64,000 bases of DNA. Origin: Octopus sinensis (Eukaryota). The notes under the pieces were generated by a model. It was not told the DNA's origin. It saw nothing but the letters and a program-made list of their open reading frames with translations, and did not search any database. The position numbers and the translations under genes were made by a program. The DNA lies in NCBI RefSeq assembly GCF_006345805.1, contig NC_042997.1:193192001-193256000 (forward strand). Reading direction: 5' to 3'. Below, in pieces: positions 37,648 to 48,764 of this stretch (its first letter is position 1; each line of letters starts with the position of its first letter).

Positions 37648-38623
37648 ATTTGTCTTTACATTCCGAGTTCAAATTCTGCCGAGGTCGACTGTACATTTCT
37701 TCCTTTTGGTGGGGTTGATAATATAAGCACCCGTTGAGCTCTGGAACTAAGGTAACCGACTTAACCCATCCCCGAAATTGCAGGCCTTGTGCCAAAATTT
37801 GAAATCAATATTTTTGTTACTTTTACATCATCATAGGCAGTTATGGCTATGTGGTTAGGAATCCCACTTCAGTCACATGATTTTGGGTTCAGTCCTCCTG
37901 TATGGCCCTTGGGCAAGTGTCTTCCTACAACAATGCCCCAGGCTGGCAGATACTTTGTAAGTAGACTTCGTAGATGGAAATCAAAAGGTGGCGAGCTGGC
38001 AGAAGCGTTAGCACGCCGGGTGAAATTATTAGCGGTATTTTGTCTGCCATTACGTCCTGAGTTCAAATTCCGCCGAGGTCGACTTTGTCTTTCATCCTTT
38101 CGGGGTCGATAAATTAAGTACCAGTTACGCACTGGGGTCGATGTAATCGACTTAACTCCTTTGCCCGTCCCCTCTATGTTTAGCCCCTTGCGGGCAATAA
38201 AGAAATAGAAAACCAAAAGAAAAATTTTGTATGTATGAGTCTGTGTGTCTGCCACCATCATTTGACAACTGGTGTTAGTTTGTTTGATGTCCTCATGACT
38301 TAGCAGTTCAGCGAAAGGGATCACTAGAATAAGTCCTGGGGTGAACTTGTTCAACCAAACCTGTCAAAGTGGTGCTTCAGCACAGGCACAATCCAGTAAG
38401 TGAAATATAAGTTTAAAAATCCCCAGATTAATTAGCCTCCATTTACAACTGGTGCCTAAATCTATCAAACATGGTAACATTTTAATCCCACAGATAATAA
38501 ATGCTCTAAGACAGTTTTAGCCAAACATGCTGCATTTTTCTTAACTCATCATTACATTTTATTTTTCTGGGATGCATTTAAAAGATTTATTACCAACGTT
38601 CTTTCTTTCTTAAATGTTGACAG

Positions 38624-38733
38624 GTAATGGACAGAGTTTCAATAATGGACGCTTCTGGTCTAAAGATGGCACTTTGCTTGCAACAGTTTCTCAGTCTGGC
38701 ATAGTCAGACAACTGAAGGAGGCATCTCTATAA
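38624..38733 (+). CDS. ACOT8: ACOT8 terminal coding exon
   Basis: gacag acceptor. Encodes GNGQSFNNGRFWSKDGTLLATVSQSGIVRQLKEASL, TAA at 38731-38733. The six exons sum to 1059 nt = 352 aa + stop. Confidence 0.93.
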
Positions 38734-40706
38734 AGTCACATCCTTTATGGATATATATTTGGATAACCGTACTTTAACGTGCTGAAGGAACCCCCGAATT
38801 TTGGGGGCTTAAAATTTGGTAAAACAGTTTTGTATTCCATACATAAGAAACTCATATTTTTTATGCTAATTTTTAACAAAAAAGGATTCCTTATACACGT
38901 TAAAATATAGTGTATAGATTCTCAGTAATTTGAAATTAATTCCTAGAGTACCTTCATTAGCCATAATGGTCCAGAATAATTAAGGTTGATAGATCTAGGC
39001 AAAGTGAAACAAAATGGTCCTATGCCAATCAGAGAGACAGCCTTAATTATCTGTAATATACTCTATTTCTCCACACTAACCTTTAAATATTCTGCTCTGA
39101 GATTTTACATAACCAAATATCTCTTCACTTGGTATGAAGCCACATCAATACTATTCCTTAAGTTAAGGACACGTCTTGCAAGTTAGTTGGCAAACTTGCT
39201 ACTGCCATGTAAAAAGCACTCTGCACACTTAAGTGGTTGATGCTAAGAAGGGCATCCAAAGCAGATGTTGGAGCACAGTGTAATCTTTGGACTTGGATCT
39301 TGTTACATTGTCCAACCCATGCTGGCATGGAACATAGATGTTAAATAATGATGAATTAGACAGTGTGTATGCATCTGTATATATACATATATACATATAC
39401 ACACATACATACTGGGCTATTGAAGAGGTTTAAGTGACTATCATCATCTCCGTTTAACGTCTGTTTTCCATGCTGGCATGGGTTGAATGGTTTGACTGAG
39501 GTCTGGAGAGCCAGCAGCTGCACCAGGCTCCAATCTGTATGCCCAAGCACTCCGAGTGTAGTGGGTGCTTTTTATGTGCCATTAATAAAGTGTGAGCTTT
39601 TTAGCTTATGAATCAGCCGCTTGTATGTAAAATTCACTCATTTCTCAAAGAACTGTGATTTACGGAGATTTTTGTTGTAAATTCAACTGAATAAAAAAAA
39701 ATTTTTTTTAAACCCACAAATGAAATGAAAGATTTTATAATAAATGCAAACATTCTGAACAGTGATATTGTAAATTAAGCTAATTCAAAGTGAAATAAAA
39801 ATCAATTTTTGAGTTGCAGAAAACAAAATTGAATTTTAAATTGAAGACAAAACTGAATAAAGAGGAAAATTAAACTTTTATTGATTTTGTTATTTAATTT
39901 CCATTTAACTCAAAATTCAATTTCAAATTAAGAGTTTTCTTATTCAACTCTTTCTTACTTTAAACTGAAATAAAATGTTTCATTTGAAGTCCCAAACTCA
40001 ACATATCTAAGTGAAGAACTAAGTAGAAATGCTCATTACAGCCTAACATATATTACAAAAAAAAATTTTTTTTAACATCTATTTTATTCATATCCTAGGT
40101 GCAGACATGGCCATGTGGTAAGAAGTTTGCTTCCCAACCACATGGTTCTGGGTTCAATCCCACTGCATGGCACGTTGACCAAGTGTCTTCTTATAACCTT
40201 GGGCCAACCAAAGCCTTGCAAGTGAATTAGAAACTGAAAAGAAGTGCATTGTATGCATATATATGTACGTACGTGTTTATCCGCCACCACTGCTTGATAA
40301 CCAGCGTTGGTGTGTTTATGTCCCTGTAACTGAAAAGCGACTGCTAAAATATGTACAGGCATTAAAAGAAAAAAAAAATAATGGGATCGATTCATTTGAC
40401 TAAGAATTCTTCAAGGTGGTGCCACAGCATGGCCACAATCTAATGACTGAAATGTATAGAAGTTAAGATCATTTTTGAATCTTTCTATATAGCCAAAAGA
40501 ATGTATTAAAATAAGTGGAATAATTCCATGCATATCTGTGGAATTAACTTCTGGAATACCATGGTGCTACATAAGTGCAGGTGACTGTGGTTAAGAAGTT
40601 TGTTCCCCAACCACCTGGTTTCAGGCTCAGACCTACTACATGACACTTTGGGCAAGTGTCTTCTATAGCCCTGATAGAGTGGATTTAGTAGACAGAAACT
40701 GAAAGT

Positions 40707-41263
40707 AGGCAGCGAGCTGGCAGAGACGTTAGTACGCCGGGCGAAATGCATAGCTGTAATTCGTCTGCTGTTACATTCTGAGTTCAAATTCCACCGAGAT
40801 CAACTTTGCCTTTCATCCTTTCAGGGTTGATATATTAAGTACCAGTTATGTACTGGGATCGATGCAATCGACTTAATCCATTTGTCTGTCCCCTCTGTGT
40901 GTAGCCCCTTGTGGGTAATAAAGAAACAGGTATTTCGTCTGCCGCTATGTTCTAAATTCAAATTCCGCCGAGGTCGACTTTGCCTTTCATCCTTTTAGGG
41001 TCGATAAATTAAGTACCAGTTATGCACTAGGGTCGATATAATCAACTTAATCCCTTTGTCTGTCCTTGTTTGTCCCCTCTATGTTTAGCCCCTTGTGGGT
41101 AATTTGTCTGCCGCTACGTTCTGAGTTCAAATTCTGCCAAGGTCAACTTTGCCTTTCATCCTTTCCGTGTCGATAAATTAAGTACCAGTTACGCACTGGG
41201 GTCGATGTAATCCCTTTGTCTGTCCCCTCTATGTGTAGCCCCTTGTGGGTAGTAAAGAAATAA
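40707..41263 (+). mobile_element. SINE A head-to-tail trimer
   Basis: Three consecutive GAGTTCAAATTC...AGCCCCTTGTGGGTA units; units 2 and 3 restart at TCGTCTGCCGCTA. Confidence 0.88.
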
Positions 41264-41856
41264 GAAACTGAAAGAAGCATGTCATATACGTTTGTGTGTG
41301 GGTGTTATGGTTTCTTTTGTCTGTGAATGAGTATTACCATCATTGAAAAATCCATTCAAAACTTTGTGTAAAAATGCCTGGTCACAGGGAAATATTACCT
41401 TACTTGAAAACAGGTGAAAGATGGCAACATGAAAGGCATCAGGCTGTAGAAAAATTTGTCACAACAAATTCCACCCAATCATGGAAAAGTGGATGTTAAT
41501 ACACATAAAAATAAAAAAAAAACAACAGAGCAAAGTCTATTTAGAAGGTATTTATTTAAAAAAGTATCTTAATTATTGTGAGTTCATTGGAAAAAAAAAA
41601 AAAAAAAAAGCTAGCAGCAGCAGAGAGTAAGAGAGCAAGGAAATAACAAAAACACAAACATACTTAAATGAATGTTTTCTATCAATTTACACCCACCAGC
41701 AAATTTCTCTTTTTTTTTTTTATAAGTAATTTTGTTAAGATTCCAAATTTAATCTTTGTCTGTCAGGGGGATAAAAAAAAACCACAAAAAAAAAAAAAAA
41801 AAACACTGCCACCAAACCATTGTAATTAAGACTATACTCTTGTGTATAAACCTATT

Positions 41857-42162
41857 GTGGAGGCGCAATGGCCTAGTGGTTAGGGCAGCGAACTCGCGGT
41901 CGTAGGATCGCGGTTTCGATTCCCAGACCGGGCGTTGTGTGTGTTTATTGAGCGAAAACACCTTAAAGCTCCACGAGGCTCCGGCAGGGGGTGGTGATCC
42001 CTGCTGTACTCTTTCACCACACTTTCTCTCACTCTTTCTTCTGTTGGCCTGCTCGCTTAGCCAGCGGGGTGGCGTCATTCGAAGGCTAAAACAATGCGAA
42101 GCGCATTGTGACCAGCGATGTGTAGCAACATCTGATGGTCTGGTCGGTCAAGTGATCACGTG
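41857..42162 (+). mobile_element. Full-length SINE family C with 11-bp TSD
   Basis: ATAAACCTATT at 41846-41856 and 42163-42173. Confidence 0.9.
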
Positions 42163-43882
42163 ATAAACCTATTAGGTAAAATGGCACCTATTGTTCAAAT
42201 AAGAACAATATTTATATATGAATCATTAGAACAAAATGTGTATGTGTTTTATCTTTTGGATATGTGCATATGGTCTTATATGTACAGCTTAGTTTGCATA
42301 GTTTTAGGTAGCATTAAAAGATATCTGGCAGTTAAACAATCTCCGATTTTCCGTTACCAAGATAGTATAATACAGACAACCCATGATCCAGAAGGCAACA
42401 GTAAACTATGAATGATTTTTCTTTTTTTATTCTGAAAAAGTGTGGCAGTTAGAACCAAGGGGATTGTCAGTAAAAGTATCTGGGTTCCCTGAATACACTG
42501 GTGCATGGCTTAATGAGAGAGAGAGAGGGAGAGAAAGATAGATAGGGGGAAGAGGAACATTGAGCAATCACAGTACATGGAGCATAGGCGAAGTCATGTC
42601 TGATTTTTATATTCCTGTTCTTGCTCAATGACAGTCTCCGTATATTTTTGGCAGTGAGTGATGTGCTAACAAAGGTTGCTGCACGGAGTATATTTCAGAG
42701 AACTGGAAAGGAGATTTTGCACCATGCTTATCAGAAAGCTGGGCAAATAAATGCCCTATGAAAGAACCTTGCCATATGAACTGTCAGAGAAAGATGAGCA
42801 ACTGTATGAAGTAGGCTTTCTAAAAGGAGAGAAAATAATCACTTTTTTAAATTATATTTTAAATATCGAAACTACCATTATTTCATTTCCAAGATGACAA
42901 CTACAATTTTTTTTTTACCCTGGTCAGCATCTCCAGCAGAGCTGATGAATCGTGTGTCTGAGTAGCAGAGGTGGTAAACATGGCGTTAAAATTTAGGAAA
43001 AAAATAGAAGAATAGCAACTAAAGTTTTTTTAAAAAGGAAAAGTTTTCCAGTTTCTGTTTCAAGAAAAGAAAAAAAAAAGTTACAGAAATCTTTCATTCA
43101 TATCAGAGAGAGAGTGTGTGTGTGTGTGTGTGTGTGGTGAGTAAGGTGAAAAGGAAAATAAAATTAACAGTGTGGGATGTATGACAGGAAGAGATATGAG
43201 GAGGAAGAAAGGGCGATAGAGCACAAGGATGGGACAGAGGAAAAAGAAGAGGAAGAAGGGAATGTAATGAGAGAGAGAGAGATGGTGTGTGTACTACTGA
43301 AAGCGATGAACTAAAGTGAAGATGAGGGAAGGCAAAGTGCATGAGAGCAAGATAGAGGGAGATGATGAAAGAATTTAAGAGAAAAAGCTGTCATTGCTAA
43401 AAAAAAAAAAAAATTAAAATTAAAATAAAATAAAAAGCACTTTTACACAACTAATCAACTTCATGCTTTTATTGACACAGTTTCTGGTATTTTTTCTGAA
43501 AATATATTAAAGTATCAAGCACATATATTTCATTGTCCAAGAGGAGAGAGAAAGAGCGTATGTGTGTGTGTGTGTGTTTGTTTGTTTGTTTGTGGATGCA
43601 TGTGCAAATTTACGAAAAATCATAAAGCAAACTCTGCTACCTAATGGTTATAGTTTGTTTCACGTCGAAACACTCCTACATGGCAGCTCATCTCTCTCTC
43701 TCCCTCCCGTTCTTTCTTTCTTTCTTTCACACATGCGCACGGACACACGGACACACAAACATTTCAGGTGGCAGAGAAGACGAGATGGCTAAATATCAAA
43801 TTTAAGAGATGCTTGATGTGAAGAAATGGAATGAAAAGGAAACGAGTTCTTTTTCAGATTATTAGTCGTATAATCATTATAC

Positions 43883-43888
43883 TTTATT
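43883..43888 (-). promoter_or_regulatory. Candidate SUZ12 polyadenylation signal AATAAA (a duplicate lies at 44579-44584)
   Basis: TTTATT on the + strand about 270 nt past the SUZ12 stop. Confidence 0.5.
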
Positions 43889-44154
43889 CTTTTGGAATGA
43901 ACACTGCTGCACGCAGCTTCTCAACTGCAGGCAGCAGATGTATTTGTGAAGTGGTGGTGGTTGTAAATAAATGCCTGGCAGTAGAAGAGATGGCAATGAT
44001 GTGTTAGGATGGTTAATAATGAATCTTAAACTATAAAAGTTAAGAAGTGCTTTATGATGAAGTGGCAGTGGTCAGCAAAAGGCTTTCAACTGATTCAAGC
44101 CTTCTCTTTTCGTCTGTTTCTTGTTTACTTCAGGTGTTCAGTGGTCGTCATCGT

Positions 44155-44356
44155 TCAATACATACCCAGTTCTTCTTTTAAGTTCTCCAACACACTCATT
44201 GTGCGTTGCACCACCTCGGGTCCAATTAGGCTAAAATCAAACAAGTTCACCATGTGGAGCATGAAATTGCGAGTTAAGTTCTTTCTGATGATTGCTTCTC
44301 CATGTTCTTCCATAAATGTCATGCAAGCCGTTGGTATTTGGCAATCAGCAATGTAA
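44155..44356 (-). CDS. SUZ12: SUZ12 terminal coding exon
   Basis: tttcttctag acceptor. Encodes NYIADCQIPTACMTFMEEHGEAIIRKNLTRNFMLHMVNLFDFSLI...LKEELGMY, TGA at 44157-44155. Confidence 0.95.
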
Positions 44357-45683
44357 CTAGAAGAAACGGAGAAATGAAAATGCTCAGTGGAAATTAATTG
44401 AGACGCAAAAGAGACAGAAACACACGTGGAATTAATCGCTTGTAGATCTCGTTGCTTTTATAAGAGTAGTCAGAAGAAAAGAGAGGCTGCGCCTGACATT
44501 TACTGGCTGTCTCTCAAACAGGCAAGATTGATGAGGATTAATGTTCTTTTCAGATTGTTAGTAGTATAATCATTATACTTTATTCTTTTGGAATGAACAC
44601 TGTTGCATGCAGTTTCTCAACTGCAGGCAGCAGATGTATTTGTGAAGTGATGGAGGTTGTAAATAAATGCCTGGCAGTAGAAGAGATGGAGAAATAAAAA
44701 TGCTCAGTGGAAATTAATCAAGACGCAAAAGAAACAAACACACATGTGGAATTAATGCTTGTAGGTCTTGTTGCCTTTATAAGAGTAGGCAGAAGAAAGG
44801 AGAGGCTGCGTCTGACATTGGCTGTCTCAAACAGGCAAGATTGATGAGGATTATTGTTCAGCATGTTGGGGAAGATGTAAAAAGAGAGAGTGTGTCACAG
44901 TGGTGAGAGAGGTAGGTAGAGGGGTGAAATACGTGTGGAAGAGCAGTATCGTGAGAAAGGATGATGGAGTGATCGAATATGGACAGATCAAATGGCAATT
45001 ATTTGTTACACAACATGGTACAGTAGTAAGGTTAAGTGAGCGATAGATGAGAGGGTAATGAAGAGGGCAATATCATGGAGCATTGACAGCAATACAAAAG
45101 GCAGGAGACTCCATGCAGGATACATTAAATATCTCAATGTTCACCACCATTTCAATGTCCATTCTGGTCATGCATGCTCTGGTAGATGGAATTTGCCCAC
45201 CACTGCCTGTTGCCACTCGTCACGATCCTTTGTCATCTTGAGATCAGTATTCACCATTTTGTTCCATATCTTCCTCAATCTCCCTCTTCCATAGCTTCCA
45301 ACCACTTTAAGCAGCACTTGGCCCCTTTTTTTCTTATACAAGTGATATCATTCATATGCATTGCATGCCCACACCATTAGATCCTCTCGGCACATTTCTG
45401 CTGTGTTGTTCATGCACACCAGCATTACACATCCAACAGCACAAGCTTGCCTAATTTTCCATATTCAAAGCCCATATCTTGCTATCATGCAGCATTTCGT
45501 TTCATACTCAAGCACCATACAATCTGCTCTTTATTTTGAGAGAAAGAGAGAAACCTTTGTTATTAGCAGTGGAAACAGCACCCTGAGCTTTTTCTCTTCA
45601 GTCCTTACTCTGACTACTATACTTTCAAAGCACCCATCTCCACTACTGATTAAGTTTCCCCAGTAACAAAAGATAATCAACTA

Positions 45684-46233
45684 TTGGGTTGTCCGGAAAG
45701 TTCATGCCGATTTCTAAAGGATTTTCAATAAATACTTGCCATTAGATTTTTAATCAACCAAATATGAACCACTTTTGTTGCACAATGTGTCTCCACTTTT
45801 CCTTTAACTTGAAAATACCCTCTTCCCAGAATTGAGGTGGTTTCATGGCAAAGAATTCATCAAGGTATCTTTTTACGTCATCCAAAGAATTCAAATTTTT
45901 ACCATTAAGACTATTCTGCAGAGTGGATTTCCACTGAATAAGTGGAAATCCAAATATGGAGTGTGGGGTAACACATCCCAGCTGAGGTGCAGCAATTTTT
46001 GTCTGGTTCCCAAAGCATCAAGTGCCGAAAATGAACTTTCTTATCTTCCATTTTAAAGGGTTACAGAACTAACACAGGTTATAGGAACATAAACCTTCTT
46101 CCACGAAAAGATAACTTAAACTCTGCTCTAAATGGAGGTGTAGTCAAATCCTATTTGATGGACTCAACCATGTTCTAAAATAAGTCGAAAGGTAAGCTGC
46201 TATAAATCGGCATGAACTTTCCAGACAACCCAA
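45684..46233 (-). mobile_element. Deleted mariner element, same family as 19718-20507
   Basis: TA-flanked TIRs TTGGGTTGTCCGGAAAGTTCATGCCGATTT / AAATCGGCATGAACTTTCCAGACAACCCAA. Confidence 0.88.
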
Positions 46234-46962
46234 TACATCTGAGAATGTGAAGAAATTTATTCTGACAGCTAACTGCTCCTTTGCACCTGCCAAATATGAA
46301 GCCCAGTTTCTCTGCCACCCTGCTTTCAATCCCACTACATCTCTTGTGAATCTGTAAGTTACACTGAGAATATTTCTAGCTATACCTTTTCTGCGTATCG
46401 AGTACAGCCACTTCCCTCAAAGTAGAAGAGACTTGTTCTCTTCCTTATTTACTAAAACTTAAGTCTTTTCCTCAGTTTAACTTGAAGTCTTTCAATTCCA
46501 AGTTTTGCTTCTCTGCAAGGAATTTTCTTATCTAAATCTGCAGCAGATTCTGCGATAAGAACTAAGTTCACAAGAAATCTTACATATAGAAGATAATGTT
46601 AACTCCTTCTATGGCTGGAGGACTATAATGAATTGAATAGAGCAGACTAAGCTCAATGGTAACTGTACTTCTTTACATGGCTTGTATTTCTCTTACAACC
46701 AATTTATCTACTCCTAGCTTTTTTTTTTACTGAATGCCAGATTACTGGCCTTGTGGGTTTACTCCTATCAAAGTACTTCTATAGTAGTTTTCATCGAGCA
46801 TAAAAAATACCTCTTCCCAACAACACAACACCAAACTATATCTCTTGTAGGCTATATATGTTCCTAATCATTTAAGTCACATGCTATTCAATAAACTACT
46901 CATTTATCTCGTTTTGGGATTTGGTTTGCAAGATTCTTTATATGAGTTCACGTGTTGAAGCA

Positions 46963-47331
46963 TATTCTGTTGTGTCTGGGGAGAGTCATTTTCTTTTTGT
47001 GCCTTATAATTTAACACACTCACCAGTAAAATTACCACTTTTTTCTTATTTTTATTTTCCTAAAATTTTCGTTGCTGTCTTGCAACTTTTTCAATAGTCT
47101 TGACTGAAAAGGTTGCACGAATCAACAGAAATTTCCACTTATTTCTCATTTTTATTTTCTTAAAATTTTTGTTGCATCTTGCAACCTTTTCAGTCAAGAC
47201 TTGAAAAAGTTGCAAGATGCAACGAAAATTTTAGGAAAATAAAAACAAGAAATAAGTGGAAATTTTACCGGTGAGTGTGTTAAATTATAAGGCACAAAAA
47301 GAAAATGGCTCTCCCAAGACACAACAGAATA
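46963..47331. repeat. Fold-back inverted repeat, arms of about 155 bp
   Basis: 46963-47117 is the near reverse complement of 47180-47331. The spacer is a third partial copy. Confidence 0.9.
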
Positions 47332-48725
47332 CTTATTGTTTTATATAAAAATGCAATGTTCTTGAAATATTCTTATTATTATTTGCTTTATCCAAAATAC
47401 TGAAACAATAGATAATCAACATGTTCTGCTGTATTAGCTAGAAATTACTGTTCTGACATTTGATATCATGCAATAGTTCAGTATAGTTTTCTATTTCAAC
47501 TTTCTCAATTTTACTTAAAATAAATGTGCTTAAATTGTTAATGAATGTACAAAACACATTTAGAACATCCTCAACATAGCATTTGCCTCGATTACATAAA
47601 AGGTACTCAATGTCCATAACAAGTGTTGTTTACATGTTACTGATTGATCAGACATTGTTAAATGAAGAAACAGTTTAAAGACATTTCAAAATAATAAAAC
47701 AATGGAGATTAATGATTGATGGATGACTGACTAATGAAACATATAATACTGTAATAGTAATGTTCCATAGCAATTTGAGTGATGACTGAGATATTAATGA
47801 AAACTCAGCTATGTGGAGTGTGACAAGAAATGATCTTCATGGAACACTTTTTTCTTCTTCTTCTTCTCCAAGCCACTGAATGCAACCAAATTTGTAAGCA
47901 TGATGCTTAAGTTCAGAGGAAAGGAAAACAGGATGTTATTCATAATTTTTCCCTACAGCTAACAACATAACTGAAGTAAATTGGCTCCAGAGAAAAAACA
48001 AACAGCAATTCCGCTACTAAGGTATCTGAGGGATCAAACCTTTGGCTTTCATTACGTGCTCTCAAGGTTTGATAACAGGGCTGAGAGAGGTAAAAAAATA
48101 ACAAAATCAAAAGCGACTAAGCTTAAAACTTAAAATTTTTGAATATTTATGCAATTCTGTTACTGGTTTCAGTTAAGGGCCCTGGCCATGCTGGGGCACT
48201 GCCATCTGGGGATTTTTTTCCCCAAAACTTTCTGTACTTTTAATAATAGTGCTATATCTTAGTTTGGACAAGTTTCTTAGAAAGTGGGAAAGAAAGAGAG
48301 AGAGAGTCAGATACAAATTACATGATTCTGTAAATAGATTACATTAATGTCTATATAATTTACTCATTACTTTTAAAATACTTTAATTACTTTAAATAGT
48401 TAGGGTCCAAGTCATGTTTCCAATTGGATACCTGCAACAGCTTAGAAACTAAAGCAAGGCTTTAAAAATTTTCAAAGCCAGACTTACCATTTATCTAATT
48501 AAAATATTTTTCAATATCAGAGTTAATGCAACACTCTGTTAAAGTGAGCAATGTACCATTGTGACTGGTAAAAAAGTAAAAAAATATATATAATATACTT
48601 ATTGATGGACATTTCCACTCATCACAAGCATGTCAGCATAAATTGTGGAGCGAGTGGATAAAATCTTGGCAACTCTATGCTTCTTGTTAAACACTTAAAA
48701 ATACTTGTATGAATTTTTCTTTTAC

Positions 48726-48764
48726 CTATTCGATGAATAAGCTCCATTTTCCTTGCCTCTTCTC
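48726..48764 (-). other. Candidate 39-nt in-frame SUZ12 microexon
   Basis: Very long U-rich tract ending ttttcttttag, AG|GTAAAA donor, length divisible by 3, open in phase 2. No transcript evidence. Confidence 0.4.

Larger units (their letters stand above)
43846..44859. repeat. Imperfect tandem duplication around the SUZ12 terminal exon (A-exon-B, A'-B')
   Basis: A 43846-43993 resembles A' 44543-44690. B 44365-44546 resembles B' 44686-44859. GTTC microhomology at unit borders. Confidence 0.9.

Noticed and set aside
40707-41263. Hammerhead ribozyme (retrozyme) in the tandem SINE multimers
   Set aside because: No CUGANGA...GAAA core with flanking stems was found by eye on either strand. An Infernal/RNAMotif search would be needed to exclude other ribozymes, including HDV-like folds in the RTE 5' remnant at 56200-56400.
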